IMG/VR virus record: IMGVR_UViG_3300028591_000112
Span: 1 to 31,933 of that record
Strand: one strand, 5' to 3'
From: a virus
Taxonomy: Duplodnaviria; Heunggongvirae; Uroviricota; Caudoviricetes
DNA length: 31,933 nucleotides
The position numbers and the translations under genes were made by a program. Every line of letters starts with the position of its first letter. Positions within the stretch are counted from its first letter, which is position 1. The notes beneath the pieces are model-generated. The model saw nothing but the letters and a program-made list of their open reading frames with translations. It was not told where the DNA came from and did not search any database. Positions 18,434 through 30,400 of this stretch are shown piece by piece.

Positions 18434-18952
18434 ATGGCAAAAATGACAAGAATAGGTTATGGACAAGTTGAACCTAATCATTTATCTGCTCAAAGAACTG
18501 GACAAATTTATGCTCAATTACCTGCTGCTAGTTCATTAAAAACATTAGAAAATGGACAATTCGTTAAATACGATTACGCTAATGGTGAAGTAAATTTAAC
18601 TGGTGCTGGCGAATATATGTTAGTATTCAATGAAGTTAAATTATATGATGGTTATAGAGAAACTTATAAAGATTTCGCTATGAAAGCTGATAACGCAGTT
18701 GATGGCGAAATAGTTCCTAGACTATTTAAAACAAATATTGGTGATATTTATACTACTAACTGTTTATTAGCTCCTGCTACTTCTAATACAGCTGAAACTG
18801 AAATGGAAGATTTAGCAGTTGGTAATGTATTAGGTATTGCTTCAAATGGATATTTAAAGAAAGACGAAAACAGCGATATTAAATTCAAAGTTGTAAAAAG
18901 ATATACAATGGCTGATGGACAAGAAGCTGTTAAGATTCAAAGAATCGCTTAA
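18434..18952 (+). CDS. Putative head decoration/capsid-associated protein, 172 aa
   Basis: Lies between scaffold and MCP; strong RBS; highly-expressed codon usage. Confidence 0.7.
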   Translation: MAKMTRIGYGQVEPNHLSAQRTGQIYAQLPAASSLKTLENGQFVKYDYANGEVNLTGAGEYMLVFNEVKLYDGYRETYKDFAMKADNAVDGEIVPRLFKTNIGDIYTTNCLLAPATSNTAETEMEDLAVGNVLGIASNGYLKKDENSDIKFKVVKRYTMADGQEAVKIQRIA

Positions 18953-18970
18953 TTGAGGAGGTAAAGAATT

Positions 18971-20005
18971 ATGTTAGTAAAAAGTGATTTAATACAATTA
19001 GCTAAAACTGTAGCTAACGCAAATCCTGCTTCTCAAGTTGCATATTCTTATAAAGATACAAATTTAAGCTATTCAGCTTTAAATGAAACATTAAGAAAAG
19101 AATTAAATGAATTAGCAGGTACTAATACATTATTCAGAGCTAACGCTCCTGTAGTATTCGAAATTATCGAAGAAACTATCAATGATGTATTACCTAAAAA
19201 AGTTGAAGAACAATATGGAATGTTTGCTGAAGTAAGAACTTTTGCTCAAGGTGACAGACCTAGATTCGTTCAAAAAATTACTACTGCTGCAAAAAGAAGA
19301 GCTAAACAATTCGTTACTAAAGTTGGTTTAGCTGGCGTTTATGAAGTATTCAAATTAGATGGAAAATATGTAGATGTTAATACTGAAGCATGGGGCGGAG
19401 CTGCTCAAATCGGATTTGAAGAATTCTTAGATGGTAGAGTTGATTTTGCAGACTTAACTGAAATTATTATTGAAGGATTAGATGAAGCTGTTTATAAAGA
19501 AATAGCTAAAGCATTAATTGCAGCTGTAACTAGATTACAAGATGCAAATAAATCTACTCAAACTGAATTCGTAGAAGCAGAAATGGATAGATTAATCCAA
19601 ATCGCAGATTCTTATGGTAAAGCTACAATTTATTGTACTTATGAATTTGCTGCAACTATGGTTCCAGCTGAAGGTTGGAGATCAGATGAACATAGAAATG
19701 AAAGATGGAATAAAGGTTACATTGCTAACTACAAAGGACACAATGTTATCGTATTAGATCAATCATTCGTAGATGAAACAAATACTACTAAAGTTATTGA
19801 TCCATCTTATGCATATATTATCCCAACTGAAAATAGTAAACCAGTTAAAATCGCATTTGAAGGCGGTACTTTAGTTAAAGAAGTTGACAATCAAGATTGG
19901 TCAAGAGAAATGAGATTCTATAAAAAATTCGGTGTTGCTACATTAATTACAAACAATGTCTGTGTTTATAGAAATACTAGTTTAACTATTGAAAGTACAA
20001 TTTAA
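18971..20005 (+). CDS. Major capsid protein, 344 aa
   Basis: Size, position, biased codon usage, downstream terminator. Confidence 0.85.
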   Translation: MLVKSDLIQLAKTVANANPASQVAYSYKDTNLSYSALNETLRKELNELAGTNTLFRANAPVVFEIIEETINDVLPKKVEEQYGMFAEVRTFAQGDRPRFVQKITTAAKRRAKQFVTKVGLAGVYEVFKLDGKYVDVNTEAWGGAAQIGFEEFLDGRVDFADLTEIIIEGLDEAVYKEIAKALIAAVTRLQDANKSTQTEFVEAEMDRLIQIADSYGKATIYCTYEFAATMVPAEGWRSDEHRNERWNKGYIANYKGHNVIVLDQSFVDETNTTKVIDPSYAYIIPTENSKPVKIAFEGGTLVKEVDNQDWSREMRFYKKFGVATLITNNVCVYRNTSLTIESTI

Positions 20006-20018
20006 TTATAAAACACTT

Positions 20019-20060
20019 GGGAAGAAATAAATTAGTATTATTTCTTCCCTTATTTTTATT
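20019..20060 (+). terminator. Intrinsic terminator after MCP
   Basis: GGGAAGAAATA / TATTTCTTCCC stem plus T-tract. Confidence 0.85.
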
Positions 20061-20063
20061 AGG

Positions 20064-20092
20064 TTGAAATAATTAAAATTTTCAATTATAAT
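20064..20092 (+). promoter_or_regulatory. sigmaA-type promoter
   Basis: TTGAAA-N17-TATAAT. Confidence 0.7.
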
Positions 20093-20125
20093 AAAATAAA
20101 GAGAGATACAAGGAGGCTATATAAT

Positions 20126-20695
20126 ATGATTGAAAAAGATAGAATTATAGATGTTACAAATAGAGATAATGGTACTGTAGGTTATACTATTCCAGATTTA
20201 GGAAACTTACATAGATCTTTCCAACCAAATGAGACAAAACATATTTCTTTTGATGAATTACAAAAATTATCTTGGATAACAGGCGGAAAAAAATTAATTA
20301 AAGATTATCTTACTATTAATGACAAAGAAGTTGTTAATGAATTATTAGGTAATGTAGAGCCTGAATATTTTTATACAAAAGAAGATGTTGAAAAAGTGTT
20401 AAAAGAAGGTAGTTTAGAACAACTACAAGATACAATTCAATTTGGTCCAGATGGAGTAAAAGATTTAATTAAAGATGTTGCGGTAGAAATGCCTCTTAAT
20501 GATGTTGCTAAAAGAGAAGAAATTAAAAATAGTTTAAATTTTGATGTTACTAAGGCAATTGAAATTAATAAGGAAACTAAAGATTTAGAACAATCTAGCG
20601 CAGCCAGACCTATAAGAAGAGTACAATCTGTGGCTGCCACAAGTTCAGAGGAACCCACTGGCAGAAGAACTATACCAATGAAAATAATTAAATAA
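20126..20695 (+). CDS. Conserved-looking hypothetical protein downstream of MCP, 189 aa
   Basis: AGGAGG RBS; intact ORF. Confidence 0.85.
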   Translation: MIEKDRIIDVTNRDNGTVGYTIPDLGNLHRSFQPNETKHISFDELQKLSWITGGKKLIKDYLTINDKEVVNELLGNVEPEYFYTKEDVEKVLKEGSLEQLQDTIQFGPDGVKDLIKDVAVEMPLNDVAKREEIKNSLNFDVTKAIEINKETKDLEQSSAARPIRRVQSVAATSSEEPTGRRTIPMKIIK

Positions 20696-20711
20696 GTATG
20701 GAGGAATTTAT

Positions 20712-21410
20712 ATGGACAGAGCTGGAGTAACACTATTCTCTGACATATATGAATTATTTTTATCGAAGATAACTGACGATATGTATATGGAATTAACAGA
20801 AGAAGAAACAAAAAAATTATTAGAAGAGTTATTAATTTCTAGTATTCCAAAATTTGAATTTCCTAGATTTAATATTTTTGATTATCAAAAAGGAAAACAA
20901 AATATAGTTACGATAAATAGTATTGATAATTTTCCAGATCAAGGAGATATAGATACTTTTTATGTATATAATAATCAAATTTATATATGGAAAAAAGATG
21001 AGTCTAAATATCAAGTTATTTCTACTCCTACATGAAATACAAATGTAGAAGAAGAAATTGATATGGATAATCCAGTAGACATGGAAAAAATAACCAACGG
21101 ATATACGGTTGGTTTTTTTAATTCAATTCTTACTTTAGAAGAACAAAATATTTTAGCTACTTATATGATAGTTGAATGGATGGGACAACAATTAGCTAGT
21201 GTAGAAAATATTAGAATGAAATATAGCGGAACAGATTTTAAGTTTACTTCTCAAGCCAATCATATGCAAAAAATATTAACGATAAAAAAAGATTATGAAA
21301 GAGAAGGTTTTCACTTACAAAGATTGTACAAAAGAAGATTAGTAGATGAAAATGGAATCCCTCGTTCTACTTTTGGTGATGTTATGGAAACTCCTAGTAC
21401 TCAGGTATAA
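20712..21410 (+). CDS. Putative head-tail adaptor, 232 aa (code 4)
   Basis: TGA at 21033 joins two in-frame ORFs; function from position and helical character. Confidence 0.65.
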
Positions 21411-21421
21411 GGAGGTATAAT

Positions 21422-21745
21422 ATGGTATTAAAATATAATGTTGAAATTGATAATGCGGTTATCGCAAATCGACTAAAGCAATTAATTAATTTAACATATA
21501 AATTACTTCCAATAAGAGAAGAACAAGGCGAATGAGAATCATTGCTTTCGACTATTGTTACTGAAATTGCGGGAATGAATGAATTATTACCCGTAGAATA
21601 TCAAGATATTATTTTTCCTTTGTTATGTAAATTAGAAGGCTTATTCAAATTAACTTTTGAAGAAGATTTCTTTGAGTTTAGACGTGTAATATTTGAATGT
21701 TTAAATATGATGGGTAAGGTGAGAGATAATGTCACTAACCAGTAA
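21422..21745 (+). CDS. Hypothetical protein, 107 aa (code 4)
   Basis: AAGGAGG RBS, ATG 21422, one TGA, in frame with track ORF 21542-21745. Confidence 0.85.
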
Positions 21746-22676
21746 AATGAATACGCGTATTGCCTATATGGGCGGAGCTGCGCAAGAGTCAAGAATGAAC
21801 GAAGGAAAATTAATAAGTTTAAAACGTGCTTTATTATATTCTTATCAAGCACAAACAGCTATCCTAGAAGATGAAAGAGAATTTAAATGTTTAATTAATC
21901 ATGACAAGTTAAAAGAAGATTATGATGATAAAATTATTTCTATTCCTTATGCGGATGTGTGTTTAAATGCGGACGACCCTACTGAGATTCAAGATATTGG
22001 AATGAAAGTTGGGGATGTATTTACTTGGAAAGAAACCGATACTCACTGGATTGTTATTCAAGAGATACTAGAAGAAAATGCTTATTTCCGCGCAACTATT
22101 AGAAAAGCTGAAGACACTATTGTTATAGATGGTAAGTCATACTATGGTTATTTGGGCAAATGGTCTCATGACGCATTATGGCATACTAAGAAATTAAATT
22201 CTTGGAGTGAAATGGGATATGAGGTTGTTTTATACATAAAACGAGATGAATCAACTGAAGGTTATTTTGAGAGATTTAAAAAAGTTACTATTAATGGTAG
22301 ATTATATGAAGTTCAAATGGTAAATGATGTTACATCAGATACATTATTAATAGTTTATTTAAAAGAAACATTTATTAACGAATTTGATACAGAACCTGAG
22401 ACAGTGACACCAGAACCAGAACCAACTGAGCCTACTTTAGATCCTTATATTGAAGGACCTGATTCTGTATATCCTTTTGATAAAAAAGAATATACTATTC
22501 ATAATGCGGCAAATGGAATTTGGTTATTAAGTAATAATAAAGCTACAATTAGTAGTCAAAATAATACGGTTGTTAATATTACTGTTGTAACTGCTAAGAG
22601 TGGTTCAATAGATTTGATATATAAAGTAGAAAATGAGGAAATTGTAAGAAAAACTATTACAATTAATTCATTATAG
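21729..22676 (+). CDS. Putative head closure/neck protein with Pro/Glu linker and C-terminal Ig-like region, 315 aa
   Basis: Position; beta-rich; PEPEPTEP linker. Confidence 0.6.
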   Translation: MSLTSKMNTRIAYMGGAAQESRMNEGKLISLKRALLYSYQAQTAILEDEREFKCLINHDKLKEDYDDKIISIPYADVCLNADDPTEIQDIGMKVGDVFTWKETDTHWIVIQEILEENAYFRATIRKAEDTIVIDGKSYYGYLGKWSHDALWHTKKLNSWSEMGYEVVLYIKRDESTEGYFERFKKVTINGRLYEVQMVNDVTSDTLLIVYLKETFINEFDTEPETVTPEPEPTEPTLDPYIEGPDSVYPFDKKEYTIHNAANGIWLLSNNKATISSQNNTVVNITVVTAKSGSIDLIYKVENEEIVRKTITINSL

Positions 22677-22699
22677 GGATATAAAAGGAGCTAGATATT

Positions 22700-23287
22700 A
22701 TGCAAAGAGATGTTTTAAAATTATCAACAGATTTAAATTCATCATTTTTATCTATTGAAAAAGATATAGAAAGAATATTAACTAAATTGTTTTTTGATAA
22801 TCAAATTAGAAATAAAGAATTATTAAGATTATTAGTAATTCCGCAAAAAGATTGTTTAACTAATCAAACTAATTTAGATTATTTAAAGAAAATTAATGAT
22901 ACAAGTCTAGCAACATTAATTGCGGAAGGTTATATTAAACTAGCCCCAAAAATTGCAATGCCAGAACACGAAAAGGTTAAATCTTATATAATATTATCAT
23001 TTGATAATTTTACTCCAAATGCTAATAATCCGCAATTTAGAGATTGCACAATACATTTTGATATTATTTGTCATACTGACTATTGAGTAATGAATGATTA
23101 TCAAATTCGTCCAATTAAAATTGCTGGATATATTGATGGTATTTTAAATGAGTGTAGATTAAGCGGAATTGGTACATTGAATTTTATGGGTATGAATGAA
23201 TTAGTTTTAGATGAAGTTTTATCTGGATATACTTTGACATATAGAGCAGTACATGGCTCTGATGACAAAATAGAAGATGAAGAATAA
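22700..23287 (+). CDS. Putative tail terminator/completion protein, 195 aa (code 4)
   Basis: TGA at 23084 joins two in-frame ORFs; position before the tail tube. Confidence 0.6.
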
Positions 23288-24078
23288 TGATTAATGAATT
23301 GTTACTATTATCTGGTAATGATGTCCCTATAGAAGAAATTAACTTATTATTACATCCACCAACAATAAAAGAGATAGCTTTAATCGGTGAAGATAATTTT
23401 TATGCTGGGTGCGAGTTTTGAAGATTTACTAAAAATAGATTAAGTCAAGAGGACAAAAGTCGTTTAGAAAATATAACAAATTTTGAAATAATAATGTCAA
23501 TAATGAGAGAAAATAATCCAAGTGTACAAAGAAATAAAACTTGTGCCTTGATGGTATTGTCTTTATTATTTCCTATTTATCAAGTTCAAATAGAAAAAGA
23601 CAAAATATTGCTAAAAAAAGATGATTTAATTTTTGAATTAAATAAAAATAATTTTGATAGTTTTGTAAAAGTTTTGAATGAGATATTGTGTCTGGGCGGC
23701 GGCGAGGATGAAGCTGGTTATAATCCGTCTGGATCACTAGCAGAAAGAATTGCCGCAAAGTTAGAGGAAGGCCGCAGAAAAAGAGCAGAGCTTCATCGTA
23801 ACGAAGAAAATAACCAGAAAATTGCTATTTTGAGTAGATATGTTTCAATTCTTGCAGTGGGAGAAAATAAAGATATAAATACTTTATTAAATTATACAAT
23901 ATATCAACTATTTGATGAATTCCAAAGATACCAATTAAAATTTAATTGGGATATTCATTTAAAGGCTCAGATGGCTGGTGCTAAAGATTTACAAGAAGTT
24001 GATGACTGGATGAAAGATATTCACTCTGATATTGATGGTAATAATGTTAATGATAATAAAAAAGTGGAAATTAAGTAA
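23287..24078 (+). CDS. Hypothetical tail-module protein, 263 aa (code 4)
   Basis: TAATG coupling; one TGA (23419); in frame with track ORF 23494-24078. Confidence 0.8.
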
Positions 24079-24149
24079 TTTCCATTAAGAGAAAAAAGGA
24101 ATTTTTCAAAAATAAATAAGAAAATAAATTTTAAAAGGAGGAATTTTAT

Positions 24150-25022
24150 ATGAAGTTCGGAATCCGTGAGATTGCAAACGTTGTTTTTAAAGCTAAAAAT
24201 GATGTTAAAATTGGAAATACAACTTTCAAAGCTGGACAACCAGTTTTATATATCGATAGTGCAAAAACTTCTACATTAGAAGGCGCTTCTACTACTGTTT
24301 ATGCAACAGGTGGAAGAGGAAATACTAGATTAATATCTTGGGAAGGTGAAAAAACTTTAACATTTACTGTTGAAGATGCTTTATTATCACCTATTGGTTT
24401 CTCAATCTTATCTGGTGCTGGATTAATCAAAAATAGTACTGAAACTGTTCACGTACATTTAACTTCAAATGCTATTGTAGCTAATGGACAAATTGATTTA
24501 TCTACAGCATTAGACAGCGGAGAATCTATTGATTCAACTGCTCCAATTTATATTGCTGAAACTGAATCTGATGGTTCTTTAACTGGAACAACTATTACTC
24601 ATACTGCTGCATCAGCCCAAGCTTTAACTGTTCCATCAACTGCTAATGGAAAAACAGTATTTGTTGATTTCTATATCACTAAAAATGGTGCAAATGTATC
24701 TGAATTACAAATCGATGCTGAAAACTTCGCAGGATATTACTATGTTGAAGCTAGCACATTAGTTAGAGATACTAATGGTAAAGATTTACCTTATGAAATC
24801 ACATTACCTAATGTTAAAATTCAATCTAGCTTCACATTCTCTATGGCTGCAACTGGAGATCCTTCAACATTTACATTCACTATGGATGCAATGCCTGGAT
24901 ATACTTATTTTGATCAATCAAGAAAAGTATTATGCGTAATGCAATTAGTTGAAGATGCTAAAATAAATGAAAAGAATATTGATTCAGTAATGCAACACCC
25001 TGGAGATGCAGAATCTGTTTAA
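24150..25022 (+). CDS. Major tail tube protein, 290 aa
   Basis: Thr/Ser/beta-rich; strong RBS; highly-expressed codon bias; terminator downstream; no sheath gene nearby. Confidence 0.75.
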   Translation: MKFGIREIANVVFKAKNDVKIGNTTFKAGQPVLYIDSAKTSTLEGASTTVYATGGRGNTRLISWEGEKTLTFTVEDALLSPIGFSILSGAGLIKNSTETVHVHLTSNAIVANGQIDLSTALDSGESIDSTAPIYIAETESDGSLTGTTITHTAASAQALTVPSTANGKTVFVDFYITKNGANVSELQIDAENFAGYYYVEASTLVRDTNGKDLPYEITLPNVKIQSSFTFSMAATGDPSTFTFTMDAMPGYTYFDQSRKVLCVMQLVEDAKINEKNIDSVMQHPGDAESV

Positions 25023-25079
25023 TTAAAAATATAGTACCTTATATAATAAGGGAAGATGTTTTGAAAGGAATTGTTTGGT

Positions 25080-25115
25080 GGAGGAGGCCTATTTGGTCTC
25101 CTCTTTTTTATTTTT
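25080..25115 (+). terminator. Intrinsic terminator
   Basis: GAGGAGGCC / GGTCTCCTC stem plus T-tract. Confidence 0.8.
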
Positions 25116-25132
25116 AGAAATTAGGTGATGAA

Positions 25133-26698
25133 ATGAGTGCAATAGGAGATTATATTCACTTAACTTATAGTGGTTATGCATCTGGTCCAAAAGAAGGGTC
25201 TGGAAAGCCTCCTTTTGTTAAGGGTGTTGGGAAAATTATTGGAGATCATCAAAAACATTTTTATCAAAAAGTTGAAAAAATGAGAAGTAGAATTATTAAT
25301 GATTTGCAGGAACAGATGAATAAAGATTTAGCTTTATTAAATACTTTTCAAATGGCAAATAAAGGAAAAATAGATTATCCTGAAACAAATGAATTAATTG
25401 ATGCTTTTTTACAAGATTTAGATGCAGAATTAACAAGTAAATGATTTTCAATAGATTTAGTTGCGGCAACTGCAAATGGATTATTAAGTTCAGCAGGATA
25501 TTTTTCTGGTTTGGCTAAAAAGAGTAAAAAAAGAGGTCAAGAATTTACTTCTTATCAACAAACTGTTATTCAAAAGGTTAATCAAAATATAGAAGGAATT
25601 TTATTAAATACTGTTGCTGAAATCGAAGGAGTATTAAATAAACAGGGATTACCAGCAGAAAAAGTTAAAAATAATATTAACCGTACTAAAAATAAAATTC
25701 AAACTTTTATTAATAATTTACAAAAAGATATAAAAACTATTGATCCGTCTAATAAAAAAGCACAACAAAAAATTAAAGATTTGTTTAATAATTTATCTAA
25801 TATGGTTTTAAATTCAGAAGATAAACAAAATGCAGATGTAGTTGGAATTATAAATGCTTTATTAACAGGTATCTCTATGGGTATAGAAGGAAAAGGAACC
25901 TATAAAGGAGACATGGGTGAAGCAGTTACTACTGTAATAGCAAAACGATTAATGGCAAGTGCAGGACTTGGGATTCAAAATGTTGTAACAACTGGTACAA
26001 CAGGAAGATCTCAAAGAGGTATAGTTTCTAGTAGTTTTAGCGAAAATATTGATTGAAAACAAGTATTAGGAGAAGATATAGGTCAATACGAATATGGAGA
26101 TTATTTATTGACAACCTCAGGTACACAAGCAGATAAAGTCGATGTTGAAATTACTTTACGAAATAAAGAACATGCATCAATATCTGTTAAAAATTATAGC
26201 CCAACATCTTTAGAAGCAGGTATCCGTAATACAAGTGCCAATTTATTAATGTTATTACAAAATGAAAATAATGATGATTTTATTAATCATTTTTTAAATT
26301 TAAGTTCTTTAAAAGAATATTATAATGACTTTAATAGAATTGCAGCATATAATTTAATTAAAGAAATTGTTATTGCAAAATTAATTACAGGATATAATAC
26401 TGTCACTTCTGCAACTGGAGATACAATGACAACAGCAAATATTTTTGCTGTATATAATGCACAAGGAACAACATTGGCAGATGGAAGTAAAGGAGCTTCA
26501 GTTAAATTATATGATATGAGAGACATATTAATGAATATATTTGAAGGTAAAAGATATAATAATTTATATATTCCTCAGTTTTTCTATGAAGCTAACAGAA
26601 AACAATCAAATTATATGATGCGTATTACAAATATTATGAAACAACTTTCAGTTAAAGTTTCTTATACTTTAAAAGAAGAAGATTATGCTAAAAAATAG
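25133..26698 (+). CDS. 521-aa protein (code 4) with a possible C-terminal PD-(D/E)XK nuclease-like motif
   Basis: Two TGA (25442, 26054) join three in-frame ORFs; KGDMGE...KVDV...ISVKNY. Confidence 0.75.
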
Positions 26699-26709
26699 GC
26701 GGCAATCGT

Positions 26710-26738
26710 TTGACAAAAATAATTTTTTATAGTAAAAT
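26710..26738 (+). promoter_or_regulatory. sigmaA-type promoter
   Basis: TTGACA-N17-TAAAAT. Confidence 0.75.
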
Positions 26739-26767
26739 TATATTAAGAGAGAAAAGGAGAATGTTAT

Positions 26768-27301
26768 ATGGCAAAAACAACATATACAAGTTTAAAATTG
26801 AAAACTAATGATGAGGTTAAAGAAATCGATTTTAATGGAAGTAAAATTGAAGTTAGACAATATTTACCAATTGCTGATAAAATTGATTTAATAGATATTA
26901 CTTTACAAAATTCTGTAGAAGGAAAATTATATAATCCCTTAAAAGTAGATATGTATTTTCATTTAAATATGATTTATTTATATACCAATATTTCATTTAC
27001 AGATAAACAAAAAGAAGATGAATATAAATTATATGATACTATTTTAAGTACAGGTTTATTAAATGCAATTATTGAAGGCATGAATGATGATGAATATAAT
27101 AATTTATATGATATTTTACAAAATAGAATGGCAGATATTTTAAAATATAATACAACTGCTGCCGCAGTAATATCTACTTTAATAGAAGATTTACCTAAAA
27201 ATGCGGCTGCCGCAAAAGAAATAGTAGATACTTTTGATAAAGGTAAATTTCAAGAAGTTATAGATTTTGCTAGTGCGGCAAATGGAAATAGACCTATATA
27301 G
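26768..27301 (+). CDS. Putative tail assembly chaperone, 177 aa
   Basis: Immediately upstream of the tape measure gene; AAAGGAG RBS. Confidence 0.6.
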   Translation: MAKTTYTSLKLKTNDEVKEIDFNGSKIEVRQYLPIADKIDLIDITLQNSVEGKLYNPLKVDMYFHLNMIYLYTNISFTDKQKEDEYKLYDTILSTGLLNAIIEGMNDDEYNNLYDILQNRMADILKYNTTAAAVISTLIEDLPKNAAAAKEIVDTFDKGKFQEVIDFASAANGNRPI

Positions 27302-27329
27302 TTAATTGGGTAGAATAAGATAATTTATC

Positions 27330-27368
27330 ATTCCTTTTTATCATAATAGATAAGAAGGAATTTTTTAT
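27330..27368 (+). terminator. Hairpin with T-tract upstream of the tape measure gene
   Basis: TTCCTTTTTATC / GATAAGAAGGAA followed by TTTTTT. Confidence 0.6.
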
Positions 27369-27411
27369 TTGGAAGAAAAAACTTTTATATAATAAAAGGA
27401 GGAAAAAGGAT

Positions 27412-30400
27412 ATGGCTACAGGAGGAACAATTCATTATGGCGTTAAGTTTGATGTCGATCAATCCGGATTAACGTCTATAAGAAATGAATTAAATACATT
27501 AAAATCAACTTTACAAGATATTCAAACGCAATCTAAAAAAGCTGATTTACTTGGCGAAGGAACTGCAGAATTAACTAAAGCCGCACAAGAAGCTAAGAAA
27601 TTAGAAGATATTTTAAAACGTTCTTGAAATGTAAAGTTAGACCAGTTAAATCTTGGTAAATTTCAACAAGAGATAAATAAATCTTATGGTTCTCTTGAAC
27701 ACATGAGACAATCTTTTAATCAAATTGGTCAAGCAGGAACATTTAATAAAGTTGCTAATGAAATATTAGGTACTAATATACAATTAAAACAAACTAGTAG
27801 TTTATTAGATAAAATGTCTATTACTTTTGCTAATACTGTTAGATATGGTATATCATCTAGTGTATTTAATAATTTTACTAATTCTGTATCAAAAGCATAT
27901 AATTATATTAAAGATTTAGATAAATCTTTAAATGATATTAGAATTGTATCTGAAGCATCTGCTGCAGATATGGAGCGTTTTGCGAAATATGCAAATCAGG
28001 CTGCTGGACAACTAGGTGCTAGAACATTAGATTATACTGAAGGTGCTTTAATTTATTATCAACAAGGTTTAGCAGAAGATGAAGTTAAAAGAAGAACTGA
28101 TGTTACTTTAAAAATGGCTAATGTAATTGGAAAATCCACTCAAGAAGTTTCTGATTATATGACTGCTATTTGAAATAACTTTGATGATGGTAGTAAATCA
28201 TTAGAGTATTATGCTGATGTATTAACTAAATTAGGAGCAGACACTGCTTCAAGTGCAGAAGAAATTTCTGAAGGTTTAGAAAAATTTGCGGCAGTTAGTA
28301 ATACTGTTGGATTAAGTTATGAATATGCAGCAGCCGCATTAACTACAGTAACTGATAGAACTCGTCAAAGTGCAGATATTGTAGGTACAGCATTTAAAAC
28401 TTTATTTGCTCGTATTCAAGGTTTAAATTTAGGTGAAACATTAGAAGATGGAACTACATTAAATAAATATTCTGAAGCATTAAAAGCTGTTGGTATTAAT
28501 ATTAAAGACCAAACAGGTCAATTAAAATCAATGGATAGTTTATTAGATGAAATGGGTTCTAAATGGAAGACATTAAGTAAAGATCAACAAGTTGCATTAG
28601 CGCAAACAGTTGCTGGTGTTCGTCAATATAATCAATTAATGTCTTTGATGAATAACTGAAATTTCTTTCAAAAGAATTTAAATACAGCATTAAATTCTAC
28701 TGGAGAATTACAAAGAGAACAAGAAATATATATGGATAGTATGAAAGCTAGTTTTGAAAAATTAAGAACTGAAGCTGAGCGTACTTATGATATATTATTT
28801 AATGAAGATGATATTAAAAAATCAACAGGATTATTAACAAAAGCATTAAAAGGTATTAATGATTTATTAGAAGCTACTGGTGGAGGTTTAAATACTGTTG
28901 TTAATTTAGCATCTCAATTAGCGCTAATATTTAATAAACAAATTGGTAATTCTGTTGTTAGAATGTCAGGGAATTTAAAAACATTTTTTGAAACTGCAAA
29001 AGCAATAAAATTTCAAGAAAAAGTAGCGCATCAAACAGAAGAAGAACGTCAAAGCAATTCTTTTGGAAATGTTGATGGAATGAATTCTAAGGTTCTTGAA
29101 GAACAAAAAGAATATGTTCAAGATTTGCTTAAAATAAGACAGGGCTTAACTACAGAAGAGTATAATGAAGGTTTGCAAATAGCAAAAAATATAGCTTTAT
29201 TAAAACAACAGACTATAGATAGACAAAATGCTCTAAAACAAGCTCGAGTAGAAAATATTACCTCTCAAAAAGCAGCAGAAAATGAATTTAAAGAAAATAA
29301 AAAACAAGCAGAAGAAGCATTAAAAGAAATCGACACATTAAGAAAAGAATTACAAGAGCTTGGTAACGATTATGAAGATGGAAATATTCCAGAAAGTGTT
29401 AGAACTGAATATAGAGAAAAAATTGGAAATATTATAGGCCGTTGAGAAGCTGAAGCTCCAAATAGAGTTATGGATGGAAAATCTGAAGAGCTTCAAAAAA
29501 TATTTGAAGAAAATTCAGTTTCTATAGATGAACTTATAAAAAAATATGGAGAAGCTCAAGAAGGCGTTAAATTATCTTTTGAAGAAAGCGGCAATAAATA
29601 TGCTGGTATGGCTAAAGCTTTTGAAGATATGAATAAAGGACAGCCAGCAAATGATAAAGAAGCAATAGATGCTTACGCAAAAAGATGAGATGAAATACAA
29701 ACAAAAGGACAAGCACAAAAAAATGCTCAAGATATAGTTGCAGGAATTTCAATTATTACTCAAGCTATTACTACATTAAATGGAGCATTAGAAGTTTTTA
29801 ATGATTTAGAAGCAACAGGAGAACAAAAAGCAAGCGCAATTGGAAATATTGCTTCTACAACTTTTACTGCAATTGGTACATTAATTGGTGGACCTGCAGG
29901 AGGAATGATTGGTGCAGGAATTTGGGCAGCAGTTAAAGGTAGTTTAGATTTATTGGGTGTTTGAGATTCTCTTGAAAGAACTTTAGGAAAAACAGACAAT
30001 GCAATAAAAAAGAATAATGAAGAAATTGAAGAAATAAAAACATCTAAAGAAGAATTAAAAGCAAATCAAGATTTATATAATACTTATTTACAAACTTTTG
30101 AAGCCTATAAAAAAGGTACAACCTCTAAAGAAGAAATGGCTAAAGTTACTGCAACTTTAACAGATTTAATTGATTCAGAAGCTCTTGCTGTAGCTAAATT
30201 AACAGGTAATTATGATGATTTAACTGCCACTGTTGAAAAAGCTCAATTAGAATCAATAAAAGAAAATAAACAAAAAGCAACAGAAGAAAGAGAGCTAAGG
30301 CAAAAAAATCTTAAATTAAAGAATGAAAAAATGGGCAGTTGAACTGCTATGACAAATGGAATATATACAGATACTGATGAAAATGGATTTACGTATATTG

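Noticed and set aside
27240..27412. Programmed frameshift extension of the tail chaperone
   Set aside because: Only about 110 nt of AT-rich spacer with a hairpin precedes the TMP start; no convincing second ORF or slippery site.
13882..29999. Minus-strand track ORFs in the structural module, and plus-strand 16895-17083
   Set aside because: They overlap well-supported genes on the opposite strand or in another frame, with no RBS support.
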